64,000 nt of DNA from assembly GCA_965217775.1 (NCBI GenBank), contig CBDCJH010000002.1:3872001-3936000 (forward strand), written 5' to 3'. The notes below the pieces were generated by a model that made no database searches, was not told where the DNA came from, and saw only the letters and a program-made list of their open reading frames with translations. Position 1 is the stretch's first letter; every line of letters starts with the position of its first letter. The DNA is from Acidobacteriota bacterium. GTDB lineage: Bacteria > Acidobacteriota > UBA6911 > RPQK01 > JAJDTT01. Below, piece after piece: positions 1 to 9,842 of the stretch. Position numbers and translations under genes: made by a program.

Positions 1-370
1 CCTTTTTGTTCTTGAGGCTGCGGCGCTGAAAAAAGCGCCCGTCGCGCTCGAGCATGGTGTAATAAAAGCCCGACTTTTCATGGAAAAAACTGTTGTTTTT
101 TTCATAGTCCTCAATCGTGTTCGCAGGTATGGGGCGAGAGAACGAGCGTGCCATTGCAACACGTTGGTAGGAGTCGGTGATTTCCCTGTGACAGCTAGCG
201 CACGTATTTTGTCCGACATGGCCTTCGGCCTGACGAGGCTCGGCTGTGGAGAGAGGCGTGGTCTGGCCGGTCGAACCCTGTGGAAAGAGCGCCAGAAGCA
301 CGGCTGGAAATACCAGGATGGCGCACCCGGCGACGCCGGTTCCGATCAGGATTCTGCTAAACACCTGTTG

Positions 371-1999
371 TCATTGAATCTTGAATCGGTCGCGGGTTCC
401 GGCCGATTCTCTGGAAATGCCGTCACGTACGGTCACTCGTAGCGAATAGTCGCCAAGCGGGAGGCCGTCCAAGTCAAGATATTGAACGAAAACCGCTCGC
501 TCCGGTGAGAAATAGGCAAGATTCTGGCTGGCAGTGTCGGCGACGTTCTTGACAATCTTCCCGTTCCTGGTGATTTCGTAGACAATCTCAGGGTCCGGTC
601 TGGCCAGGGCCTGATCTACCTGTAGGTTGTACACCTGAAGATAAACCGGCAGCGAAACGGTGGAGGCAAACGTACGATTGACATTGGGGATCACTTTCAG
701 GTCACCGAGCACGAACATCTGGATCGAATCCGGCACCGCACCAAGCTTCTGAATCGACTCGGCCAGAATCAGAGAGGCGGCAAGTTGTTTTTCGTCATAC
801 TTGGGAGCCGGCAAGCGAATCTCGGTTGAACCCATCCTTTCACCGTGCAAATCTTCAAGGATCAGAGTCAGCTTGTAGAGACCGGCCGGGACTGCTATCT
901 GATTCTGATAAACGGACCGTTCCGTCAAGCTCTTTTCGAATTCTTCGGCTTCGTAATCAATTGCCAGTTCCTGCTCGAACTCGGTCAGCATTCGGCCGCT
1001 CACACTCATCACGCGTCCATAGATTCTAAGGCGGCCCTGCTGGATGCCGGATTGCTCTTGAAAGGTCAGGTCCTGATTGCGCACCTCGACGGTAATGGCA
1101 ATCAACACCCTGGCATCGTCCAGTTTGATCGCGTTGGTGGTGATGTCGAACGGCAGACTGTGAAAAAAGACTCTGCTGTCGACCAGCTTTTGGAGGTCTT
1201 TGTAGCGAATCTCGGGAGCCCGCTGAACATCGAAGTAGCGCGCCAGGCGAGCGAAGGGACGATCTTTTGCGCGCATGCCCATGATCCCCTGAATAAAGGG
1301 GTTATGGGCACTGGACGGAGTGAAATAAGGGCGTTGGGACTTATCCATCATCCCCAGTTGTTCTGCCATGGTCAACCCGCCTTCGCTGTGGAGGAGCGCA
1401 TCTTTCTCCTCCAAACCAAGCGCTAGACGGTATTCACCGGTACCTGACTGATCGACAAATTCCAACTCGATATCGGACCCGATTCCTGGGATGTGGCGAT
1501 AAATCCAGCGCTCGAAGGGATAAGTTGTAGTCGTTCCTCCGCCCTCGTAGATAAGCCTTTCATAGCGGCCGCCCGATGGACGCATTTCGCGGTCGTCAGG
1601 CGGACCCCAGAGGATGTAGGTCCTGCCACGATCCGTTCTCCACCCTGCCTTGGCGCTGAAGAAATGGTCATTGGCGTAGGCAATACGCCGGTAATGTTCT
1701 TCCTTGAATTCATTGACCGCGGTGCGGAGATCCGAATCGCGCCGTCGCCAGAACTGTTCGATGAAGCGTTCCCGCTCGTCATCGTTGGTGAGTCGCAGGA
1801 AAACGTCTTCTTCCTCCTCGGTGATGATGTAGACGACGTCCTGTTCGAGCCACTTTCTAAAGTAATCCTGCGCCTCTTCCTGCACCAGGGCTCGATCGAT
1901 TCCCTTGGGAGGAGGAGTGGGTTGTTGAGACCAGCCGGTCTCCACCAGTGCAACAAGTGCTATTAAGGCAAGGCTTCGGCCCCCCATGTACCGTTTCAC
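371..1999 (-). CDS. GWxTD domain-containing exported protein
   Basis: 542 aa ORF, N-terminal signal peptide, KWLEQDVVYII...FWRRRD...EHYRRIAYAN...GWRTDRG motif typical of Acidobacteria GWxTD proteins. Confidence 0.9.
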   Translation of the reverse strand: MKRYMGGRSLALIALVALVETGWSQQPTPPPKGIDRALVQEEAQDYFRKWLEQDVVYIITEEEEDVFLRLTNDDERERFIEQFWRRRDSDLRTAVNEFKEEHYRRIAYANDHFFSAKAGWRTDRGRTYILWGPPDDREMRPSGGRYERLIYEGGGTTTTYPFERWIYRHIPGIGSDIELEFVDQSGTGEYRLALGLEEKDALLHSEGGLTMAEQLGMMDKSQRPYFTPSSAHNPFIQGIMGMRAKDRPFARLARYFDVQRAPEIRYKDLQKLVDSRVFFHSLPFDITTNAIKLDDARVLIAITVEVRNQDLTFQEQSGIQQGRLRIYGRVMSVSGRMLTEFEQELAIDYEAEEFEKSLTERSVYQNQIAVPAGLYKLTLILEDLHGERMGSTEIRLPAPKYDEKQLAASLILAESIQKLGAVPDSIQMFVLGDLKVIPNVNRTFASTVSLPVYLQVYNLQVDQALARPDPEIVYEITRNGKIVKNVADTASQNLAYFSPERAVFVQYLDLDGLPLGDYSLRVTVRDGISRESAGTRDRFKIQ

Positions 2000-2207
2000 C
2001 TTCCGGCCACCTCACTTCGAGCTTCGAGTTTCGAAAACTTGTTTTCAAAAACGATAGGATGCCAGTCGAACGTCTGTCAAGCGGTCTGAACGTAGGGGCG
2101 CCTCTACGGCGAAGAAATTTGGGTTCCGGCTACGCCGGGTCCGGGAATTGGACTTGGTGCGCGCCTCATCTTGAGCTCTTTTTGGGCAAACAGGTATCAT
2201 CAGGACC

Positions 2208-3617
2208 ATGCTGCCGCTTTGGACCTTGAGTTTGGCTTTCATTGCGGTCGCAACTCCGGAATTGCCTCCACCGCCCCAGTTGGCCGAACGGTTGCTGGCC
2301 GCTTTCGAGCCCCGCGATCGCCAACGGCTGCTTGAAACCTACAGAGAAGCTCTGGCAAATCCGACGGATGGCGAACTCAATGGCCGGCTGGCAATGCTTC
2401 TGCACGGTTTTGGACAATATGAACTCGCATCCACATTTTACCGGCGCGTTGGGTCCATCGAGCCGTCCAATTTTCGCTGGCCATATTATCTAGGGGTGGC
2501 GATGACCGCGATCGGCCGAGAGGCGGAAGCGATCCCTGCTCTTCGGAGGGCCGTCGCATTGGACCCGGACTATCTTCCAGTTCAGCTAAGACTTGCCAAA
2601 CTGCATCGGACGGTGGGCGACTGGGATGAGAGCAGAAAGATTTATCGGAAGGTGGTTCGGCAGCGTCCCGATTGTGCCCGTGCCCATTACGGACTGGGCC
2701 GGGTTCAGTTTGCTCGAGGCGAGACTCAGGCGGCCTTGAAGAGTTATCAGACCGCTTCCCGGTTGGCGCCCGATTTTGGGGCCGCCCATTATGGGCTCGG
2801 CACTGTGTACCGCAGCCTGGGAGAAAAAGAGAAGGCTCGCCGGCATCTACTCCTTTTTGAACGGACTCATGGGAATCCGCCTCCCTTGGCGGACCCTCTG
2901 TTGGATTCGCTCCGCCAGCTTCAATCAAAGGCGGAATACCATTACTTGCGAGGGCTGGGATTTCAACGTAGAGGGCAAATTTCTGAAGCGCTTGGCGAAT
3001 TTGAGCGGGCCTTGAAAGAAGACCCCCGGCATGCGGGGGCACACGCCAACCTGTTCTTCAGCTTTCTCACCCTGGGAGACTTCGTCAAAGCAGAAGAACA
3101 TTATCAAGCGGCGCACAGACTCGATCCCCGGCTTCACGAAATCCACCACAATCTGGGTATTCTCCGAACGCTTCAGAAGCGTGATCGGGAAGCTGAAGAA
3201 GCTTTCCGGCAAGCTCTGGAACTCAATCCTTTTCGGGCCGAGTCACATTTCCTTTTGGGTACCATTCTGGCAAATGGCGGTCAGGTGAGAGAGGCGGAAA
3301 AACGCTTCCGCCTGGCGATCGAGAACCGGTCGCAATTCATGGATGCCCATTTTCAGTTGGGTCTCCTGCTTCAGAAACAGGGGAGGGATGCGGAAGCCGT
3401 CCCCCATTTCCTGAAGACTCTAACCGTAGAGAATGAGAGCACTCCCGTGTACCTGTACCTGTTGGCCCACAGCTATGCTCGCCTGGGTGACCTGGAGAAA
3501 GCCGTTGAATCCGCCACCCAGGCCCGAGACAAGGCGCTTTCGGTGGGGAAGGGTGAATTGGCAGTTGACCTGGAGAGGTTCCTGCAGCAGTTGCACCAAG
3601 CAGGCAAACGGCCATGA
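2208..3617 (+). CDS. Tetratricopeptide repeat protein
   Basis: 469 aa, signal peptide, many TPR units (AHYGLG, AHANL, IHHNLG, AHFQLG); overlaps next start (ATGA). Confidence 0.9.
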   Translation: MLPLWTLSLAFIAVATPELPPPPQLAERLLAAFEPRDRQRLLETYREALANPTDGELNGRLAMLLHGFGQYELASTFYRRVGSIEPSNFRWPYYLGVAMTAIGREAEAIPALRRAVALDPDYLPVQLRLAKLHRTVGDWDESRKIYRKVVRQRPDCARAHYGLGRVQFARGETQAALKSYQTASRLAPDFGAAHYGLGTVYRSLGEKEKARRHLLLFERTHGNPPPLADPLLDSLRQLQSKAEYHYLRGLGFQRRGQISEALGEFERALKEDPRHAGAHANLFFSFLTLGDFVKAEEHYQAAHRLDPRLHEIHHNLGILRTLQKRDREAEEAFRQALELNPFRAESHFLLGTILANGGQVREAEKRFRLAIENRSQFMDAHFQLGLLLQKQGRDAEAVPHFLKTLTVENESTPVYLYLLAHSYARLGDLEKAVESATQARDKALSVGKGELAVDLERFLQQLHQAGKRP

Positions 3618-5374
3618 GAGAGATGGCGGGCTTTCCGGCCCGGGGCGCTTGCCCACGGCCCGCTGGCCGACTGCTGGTCACCCTGCTTTGGGGAGCCTCT
3701 GCCTGGCCGTCTCTTGGGGCTCAAGACCCGTCCACACCAACTCCCCTGTTCTCGGAAGTGGCCTCCCGGGTGGGGCTGGATTTCAAACATTTCAACGGAG
3801 CCGGCGGAAATTTTTACATCCCTGAAATCGTGGGCTCAGGAGCCGCCCTGTTGGACTACGACGGCGACGGCGACCTGGATGTCTATCTGGTACAAGGCAC
3901 GATGCTGGAACCGGGCAAGAGTCCCTCCCAGTCCTGGTTTGCTCCAGACCCTGGGTGGAGGCCGGGGCACCGGTTGTATCGAAACGAGCTGATCCCCGGG
4001 GGAAGTCTCAAGTTTCGGGAGGTCACCGCGGAAGCTGGGGTCGACTCGGTCAGCTACGGGATGGGGGTGGCGGTAGGAGATTACGACAATGATGGAGATC
4101 TTGACCTTTACCTGACCAACTACGGCCCCAATCTGTTGTATCGCAACAACGGGGACGCGACCTTCACCCCAATGCAGGGAATGGGAGCCGAGGATTCCCG
4201 CTGGACCACCAGTGCTGCCTTTCTGGATTATGACCGCGATGGTGACCTCGACTTGTTCGTGACGAATTACGGAAATTTCACTGTCAAAGGAAACAACCCC
4301 TGCCACAATAAGATGGGTCTCCGGGATTATTGCGGTCCCAGTGGCTATCGACCCATCCCGGATCGTCTCTTCCGGAACGAGAGGGGCCGGCAATTTGTCG
4401 ACGTGACAGAGGATGCCGGACTGGGGGCCGCCTTTGGAACCGGGTTGGGAGTCATTTGTGCCGATTTCAACGGTGACGAGTGGACGGATATCTACGTAGC
4501 CAATGACAGAACTCCCAATCAGCTCTGGCTCAACCGGGGAAACGGAAGCTTTGAAGAGGCGGGGTTGTTCTCAGGGACAGCGTTCAACGTCGATGGCAAT
4601 GCCGAAGCCAGCATGGGGGTCACGGCCGCCGATTTCAACAACGACGGCAGCGAAGACCTCTTCATGACTCATCTGACGGAAGAGACCCACACCCTCTACC
4701 TGAACGATGGCGCCGGCGGTTTTTCTGACCAGACCAGTCGTTTTGGATTGACCCGGGTTGATAACTACACCGGTTTCGGCACCCAGTGGTTCGACTACGA
4801 CAATGACGGCCAGTTGGATTTGTTCATGGCCAATGGTGCGGTGCGAATGACGCGGCTGGCCGAACCGGCCGATTATGCTTACGATCAAATCAACCAACTG
4901 TTCCACAACGACGGGGAAGGGAACTATCGAGAAACGACTGCCGAGGCGGGAGCGGCCCTGCAACTGTCGGAAGTGAGCCGGGGAGCCGCCTTTGGCGACA
5001 TTGACAACGACGGTGACGTGGACATTCTGGTCAGCAACAACAACGGACCGGTGCGGTTGCTGTTGAATCAGATCGGGTCGCGACACCACTGGCTGCAGGT
5101 TCAACTGGAGGGGGTGCAAAGCAATCGCTACGGGGTAGGAGCCCGGGTGGGAGTGCAGCGCCAGGGTAAGAGAACGTTATGGCGTCGCGCGCATACCGAC
5201 GGCAGCTATTTGAACGCCAACGACCATCGGGTGCACTTTGGCTTGGGCCGGGACCAGGAGGTCAAGGCAGTCATCGTCCACTGGCCCAGCGGCAGCAGCG
5301 AGAGCTGGGAAGGGGTGGAAGCTGACCGGCTCGTCACCCTCCAAGAAGGCTCCGGAATACCGTGGAAGCCGTAG
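3614..5374 (+). CDS. CRTAC1-family protein (FG-GAP repeats + ASPIC/UnbV domain)
   Basis: Repeated DxDxDGDLD motifs; C-terminal GSYLNANDHRVHFGLG...VHWPSG. Confidence 0.9.
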   Translation: MREMAGFPARGACPRPAGRLLVTLLWGASAWPSLGAQDPSTPTPLFSEVASRVGLDFKHFNGAGGNFYIPEIVGSGAALLDYDGDGDLDVYLVQGTMLEPGKSPSQSWFAPDPGWRPGHRLYRNELIPGGSLKFREVTAEAGVDSVSYGMGVAVGDYDNDGDLDLYLTNYGPNLLYRNNGDATFTPMQGMGAEDSRWTTSAAFLDYDRDGDLDLFVTNYGNFTVKGNNPCHNKMGLRDYCGPSGYRPIPDRLFRNERGRQFVDVTEDAGLGAAFGTGLGVICADFNGDEWTDIYVANDRTPNQLWLNRGNGSFEEAGLFSGTAFNVDGNAEASMGVTAADFNNDGSEDLFMTHLTEETHTLYLNDGAGGFSDQTSRFGLTRVDNYTGFGTQWFDYDNDGQLDLFMANGAVRMTRLAEPADYAYDQINQLFHNDGEGNYRETTAEAGAALQLSEVSRGAAFGDIDNDGDVDILVSNNNGPVRLLLNQIGSRHHWLQVQLEGVQSNRYGVGARVGVQRQGKRTLWRRAHTDGSYLNANDHRVHFGLGRDQEVKAVIVHWPSGSSESWEGVEADRLVTLQEGSGIPWKP

Positions 5375-5514
5375 CGGACCAGGATTCCCGAAAAGCGACG
5401 TTGGAACCCCCAGTCAGCTTTCAAAAAATCTGGAAATAGGGAGGAACTATTGGTGACGATAGGAGTTCTCGTGCAGAGATCCAAAAAAACCATTGACGCT
5501 CGAAGGAGGTTCTC

Positions 5515-6273
5515 ATGGCAGCCAGTCTCGACAACCGAATTGCTTTGGTAACGGGCGGAGCCTCGGGGATTGGCCGAGCCACCTGTCTACTGCTTGCTCG
5601 GGAAGGCGCCAAAGTGGTTGTGGCGGATGTACAGGAGGATAAAGCGAGCGAAACCGTCCAGTTGGTCAAAGCTGCCGGTGGGGAGGCGATGTCCGTTGCC
5701 TGTGATGTGACGAAAGCCGGTGAAGTCGAGGGGTTGGTCCAAGCATGCGTGAGCCGGCATGGCCGGCTGGATTGCGGTATTAACGTCGCCGGCATTTTGG
5801 GAGAAATGGGCAAGATCCACGAGTGTACCGAGGACAACTACGATCGTGTGATGGCAACCAACACCAAGGGCATATGGCTGTGCATGAAATATGAAATTAT
5901 CCAGATGCTTGCGCAGGGGTCGGGAGTGATCGTGAACATCGCCTCTGTCGCTGGTGAGGCGGGAACCCCCGACTTGGCGGTTTATGGAGCGTCCAAGGTG
6001 GCTGTCACTATGCTGACACGGGCGGCAGCGGTCGACCTGGTCGCCAGGAATATTCGTGTGAACGCCATTAATCCCGGCTTCGTCCAGACTGCAATGGTCG
6101 ACCAGCAGGAAGCGGACTATCCCGAAAAGGTCAAGGAATATCAAGAAGGTCTTAGAATCGGTCGCATGGGACGTCCCGAGGAAATCGCCGAGGCGGTCGT
6201 GTGGTTGTGTTCGGACAAAGCCTCTTTCGTCGCCGGCCAAACGATGAACGTCGACGGAGCGGCTCTGGCCTAA
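5515..6273 (+). CDS. SDR family oxidoreductase
   Basis: TGGASGIG Rossmann motif, YGASK catalytic motif, IRVNAINPG; AAGGAGG RBS. Confidence 0.93.
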   Translation: MAASLDNRIALVTGGASGIGRATCLLLAREGAKVVVADVQEDKASETVQLVKAAGGEAMSVACDVTKAGEVEGLVQACVSRHGRLDCGINVAGILGEMGKIHECTEDNYDRVMATNTKGIWLCMKYEIIQMLAQGSGVIVNIASVAGEAGTPDLAVYGASKVAVTMLTRAAAVDLVARNIRVNAINPGFVQTAMVDQQEADYPEKVKEYQEGLRIGRMGRPEEIAEAVVWLCSDKASFVAGQTMNVDGAALA

Positions 6274-6307
6274 CAGCCCGTGGCAAAAGTCGTCACGGCA
6301 TTCGACC
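6274..6307. mobile_element. Single terminal end (34 bp) of the 158-bp MITE family, possibly the end of a related longer IS
   Basis: cagcccgtggcaaaagtcgtcacggcattcgacc matches the MITE end, preceded by CTAA (6270-6273), then diverges. Confidence 0.8.
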
Positions 6308-6329
6308 TCCAAATCGAGAAAATCTGGCC

Positions 6330-6470
6330 TCGATTCCCCACTTTCTCGCTACGATCACTCCTACGGCGCAGACTCCTAGCTTCAGCAGTTTCCCGCGCAG
6401 GGTCCAACTCTGCGCCCGTGCCAGCTCCGTCCCCGCCAGCGGCTTGCCTCGAGCCGACGCCAGACGCCGG
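6330..6470 (-). pseudogene. IS1380-family transposase C-terminal relic
   Basis: Translates LAGTELARAQSWTLRGKLLKLG, resembling the GTELARAxxxTLRxKLLKxG C-terminal motif of IS1380 transposases. Confidence 0.6.
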
Positions 6471-6671
6471 ATCTCTCCCGTCGGGTCGTCCCGGTCACAT
6501 AGCAGGGCCAGGAGGCGGCCCCGATCCTTGAATGAGACCCTTGCGGACCGTACTCTGCTGGCAATGACCGTCCTGCATTTGCTGCCTGAGACCGTCCTGA
6601 AGTTGGTTCTTCCGGTCAGGAAAGTAATCCGATGCCTGACGCCGGCAACGGGGTTCGACACCAAGAACAGA

Positions 6672-9011
6672 ATGCCGGTGCGGTTCGCGATAGCCGTCGT
6701 CTCCCTGAGTCTGGCGATACCGGCCGCGGCTCAGGAGTCCTCCGAGACGGTGCCGGACCGATTCGTGACGCTGTGCTCAAGCTGCCACGGTGAAAAGGCC
6801 CAGGGCACCGAACGGGGTCCTTCGTTGGTCCACAGCCGGAAGCTGCGAAGCCTTTCCGAGAACGAAATCCGCTCAGTGATCCGCAACGGCACCCAGGGAG
6901 GGATGCCGCCGTTCGCGATGGAGGACTCGGCGCTGTTGACCTTGGCGGCTTGGGTCCACTCGCTGAACGCCTCGGCCTACGATATCCAGCCGCCCGGGGA
7001 TGTCCTCGCCGGCGAGCGCTTCTTCTTCGCAGAGGGCAAGTGCGGGACGTGCCACATGATCGCGGGCCGCGGGGGTACGAATGGTCCCGATCTGTCGGAT
7101 ATCGGACGTCAACTCACGGCACTCCAACTGGACCAGTCTCTGGACGATCCCCTCGCCCGCGCCGCCGTCCGCTCTTCCGCTTCTTGTCCCGGCTGGGCCT
7201 TCTGTCCCGAGAACCCGTGGGAAGTCGCCACCGTCCAACAGCGCGATGGACCGGTGCTGCGCGGGTTCATTCGCAGCCGCGGAATGCACGACCTGCAGGT
7301 TCAGACTCTCGACGGTGGTTTACACCTGCTGCTCGACACCGAATACACCGGCATCTCCGTCGAAGCAGAACCCCTGATGCCGGCCCTCGAGGCTTCGGCC
7401 CGGGAGCGCCGCGATCTGGTGGCCTACCTGAGCCGCCGCTCCGGTACTTCGGTCGGTCCCCTGGCCGGTGAACCGGTGCCGGTGTCGAAGGAGGAGATGC
7501 GGCGAATCCTCTCTCCCGAACCTGGGGAGTGGCCCACCTACAACGGAAACCTGAACGGGAACCGTCACAGCCCTCTCGATCAGATCCATACCGGCAACGC
7601 CGGAAAGCTGCAGCTTCGATGGTCCCATTCCCTTCCGTACTCGCCTCTCGAAACCACGCCGCTGGTCAGCGACGGGATCATGTTCGTGACCGGGCCCAAC
7701 CGCGTCTGCGCGATGGATGCGCGCACGGGACGGCGGATCTGGTGCTACATCCGTCCGCGCAGCTTGGCGGGCACCATTTCCGGCGACGCCGCAATCGGAG
7801 CGAACCGGGGGGTCGCGATCCTGGGTGACCGGGTCTTCTTCACCACCGACAACTCCCACCTCATCTGTCTGAACCGATTCACAGGGGGATTGATGTGGGA
7901 CGTCGCCATGCCGGAGCCGGACCTCCCGGGGCCCTACGGATCGACCAGCGCGCCCTTGGTCGTCAACGACCTGGTCATCGCGGGGGTCGGCGGCGGCGAT
8001 GAGGGAATTCGAGGGTTTCTGGACGCCTACAAGGCGGCGACCGGAGAACGCGCCTGGCGCTTCTGGACCGTCCCGGCGCGGGGCGAGCCGGGCTCGGAGA
8101 CCTGGGTCGGAGACGCCATCGAGCTCAGCGGCGGGGCCACTTGGCTGACGGGCTCCTACGACGTGGAATCCGGGTGGCTCTACTGGACCACCGGAAACCC
8201 TTGGCCCGACACGGACCCGACCGACCGAATCGGTGCCAACCTCTACACCAACTCCGTCGTGGCGCTGGACGTGAAGACCGGCAAGCTGCAGTGGTATTTC
8301 CAGTTCACTCCGGCCGACGTTCACGACTGGGACGCCACCGAGCCGGTCCTCCTGGTGGACACGGAGTTTCAGGGACGGGACCGGAAGCTCCTGCTGCAAG
8401 CGAATCGCAACGGTTTTTTCTATGTACTCGACCGCACCAACGGCAAGTTTCTGCTGGGGGAACCCTTCGTCAAGAAGCTGACTTGGGCCAGCGGCATCGA
8501 CGACAACGGTGCGCCGCAACTACTCCCCGGCAATGAGCCGACGCTGGGCGGAACGAAGTCGTGTCCCGCCGTGCGGGGAGCGACGAACTGGTACTCGACG
8601 GCCTTTCACCCGGCGACCCGGTTGCTGTACGTGATGGCCGTGGAGGACTGCACCATCTACCAGAAGGCCCGGCTCGGGGGATTCCTGCCGTACCGGAATC
8701 CGGAGGACCCGCCCCAGAAGTTTCTGAGGGCGTTGGAAGTCGACACGGGGAAGATCGCCTGGGAGATCCAGCAAGTCGGCACTCCCGAGTCGAACTACTC
8801 CGGCGTCCTGTCCACCAACGGAGGATTGGTGTTCTACGGCGAGACGGGAGGAGGATTCGCGGCCGTCGACGCCAGGAACGGCGAGACGCTGTGGCACTTC
8901 GAGGCAAATGAGATCTGGAAGGGATCGCCCATGACCTACAAGGTCAAGGGCAAGCAGTACGTCGCGATCGCTTCGGGGGGCAACATCCTCTCGTTCGCGC
9001 TGTCCGATTAG
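6672..9011 (+). CDS. PQQ-binding beta-propeller dehydrogenase with N-terminal cytochrome c domains
   Basis: Signal peptide from MPVRF; CSSCH and CGTCH heme motifs; WPTYNG, HDWDA, NRNGFFYVLDR, GKQYVAIASG motifs. Confidence 0.88.
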   Translation: MPVRFAIAVVSLSLAIPAAAQESSETVPDRFVTLCSSCHGEKAQGTERGPSLVHSRKLRSLSENEIRSVIRNGTQGGMPPFAMEDSALLTLAAWVHSLNASAYDIQPPGDVLAGERFFFAEGKCGTCHMIAGRGGTNGPDLSDIGRQLTALQLDQSLDDPLARAAVRSSASCPGWAFCPENPWEVATVQQRDGPVLRGFIRSRGMHDLQVQTLDGGLHLLLDTEYTGISVEAEPLMPALEASARERRDLVAYLSRRSGTSVGPLAGEPVPVSKEEMRRILSPEPGEWPTYNGNLNGNRHSPLDQIHTGNAGKLQLRWSHSLPYSPLETTPLVSDGIMFVTGPNRVCAMDARTGRRIWCYIRPRSLAGTISGDAAIGANRGVAILGDRVFFTTDNSHLICLNRFTGGLMWDVAMPEPDLPGPYGSTSAPLVVNDLVIAGVGGGDEGIRGFLDAYKAATGERAWRFWTVPARGEPGSETWVGDAIELSGGATWLTGSYDVESGWLYWTTGNPWPDTDPTDRIGANLYTNSVVALDVKTGKLQWYFQFTPADVHDWDATEPVLLVDTEFQGRDRKLLLQANRNGFFYVLDRTNGKFLLGEPFVKKLTWASGIDDNGAPQLLPGNEPTLGGTKSCPAVRGATNWYSTAFHPATRLLYVMAVEDCTIYQKARLGGFLPYRNPEDPPQKFLRALEVDTGKIAWEIQQVGTPESNYSGVLSTNGGLVFYGETGGGFAAVDARNGETLWHFEANEIWKGSPMTYKVKGKQYVAIASGGNILSFALSD

Positions 9012-9133
9012 CCTGAACCAGCCGCGGGGAGCGATGCGAAGGTCAGCCCGCATTTCCCACCGGGGGGCACACTCCGGGCATCTGTTCAGGAAATCCGAAT
9101 CGGCGTGGAGGACTGACGAAGAGGTCCATCCGG

Positions 9134-9812
9134 GTGAAGATGATGAATCGACTCTTTTGCGCCTTTCTGCTGCTGATTGGCTTGGTAGCAGTCCGTGGTG
9201 AAAGTCCCGCGAGCACCGAGACCGTTCCTGCGCCCGCCGGACAAGGCGCGATTCGGGTGCATACCGGGAGTATGTGCCCGAATCGCAACGCAGTCCGCCG
9301 GGATGCAGGGACGGTCGAATGCCGTGGCGACTTTTGCCACGGGCTGGTAGGGTCCATGACAGCCGAGACATCCCGGCAGCCAGGACGCGAGATCGTCGCA
9401 CCCGCGGGGGATCGGCCCGCACGAGTATTGGGACAAGCTCGAACGGAGGCGGAATATGAAGCGTTCGTGGCTCTCAAATCGGCGCTCGGACCGCTGGGAA
9501 AGGCCGAATCGGCGCAAGATTTCCTGGAAAGGTTCCCTCTGAGCGGGCTCTCGCCGCTTGCCCACCAAGCGGACAGGGCATCCGGCAGTTACGCGCGCGG
9601 CGGCCCTGGACGGATTTACGTCGTCGCTGGCCCGTCAGCATCTCGAAAAGATCTACAGGCACCTCCACCCTCCCCTACCGGATGAGGACCAGGAGCGATA
9701 TGAGCTGCGGATCTCGCACGGCTTGAACGGACTCGTCGCTCAAGAGAGGGAATACTACCGATTACGGCAAGGACTTCCCCGAACGGCCAGGAGCGGCGGC
9801 TCGGAGAAGTGA
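9134..9812 (+). pseudogene. Exported (TPR-like) protein gene with in-frame MITE insertion and apparent internal deletion/frameshift
   Basis: Signal peptide MNRLFCAFLLLIGLV, 54 MITE-derived codons, then EAEYEAF...FLERFPLS; plausible coding continues in another frame to 9812. Confidence 0.5.
9189..9346 (+). mobile_element. 158-bp MITE copy, TSD GTAG
   Basis: Ends cagtccgtgg / ccacgggctg (9 of 10 bp inverted); GTAG at 9185-9188 and 9347-9350. Confidence 0.95.
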
Positions 9813-9842
9813 CTTCCGGGCGCCCAATCCTCCACTTTCCAG

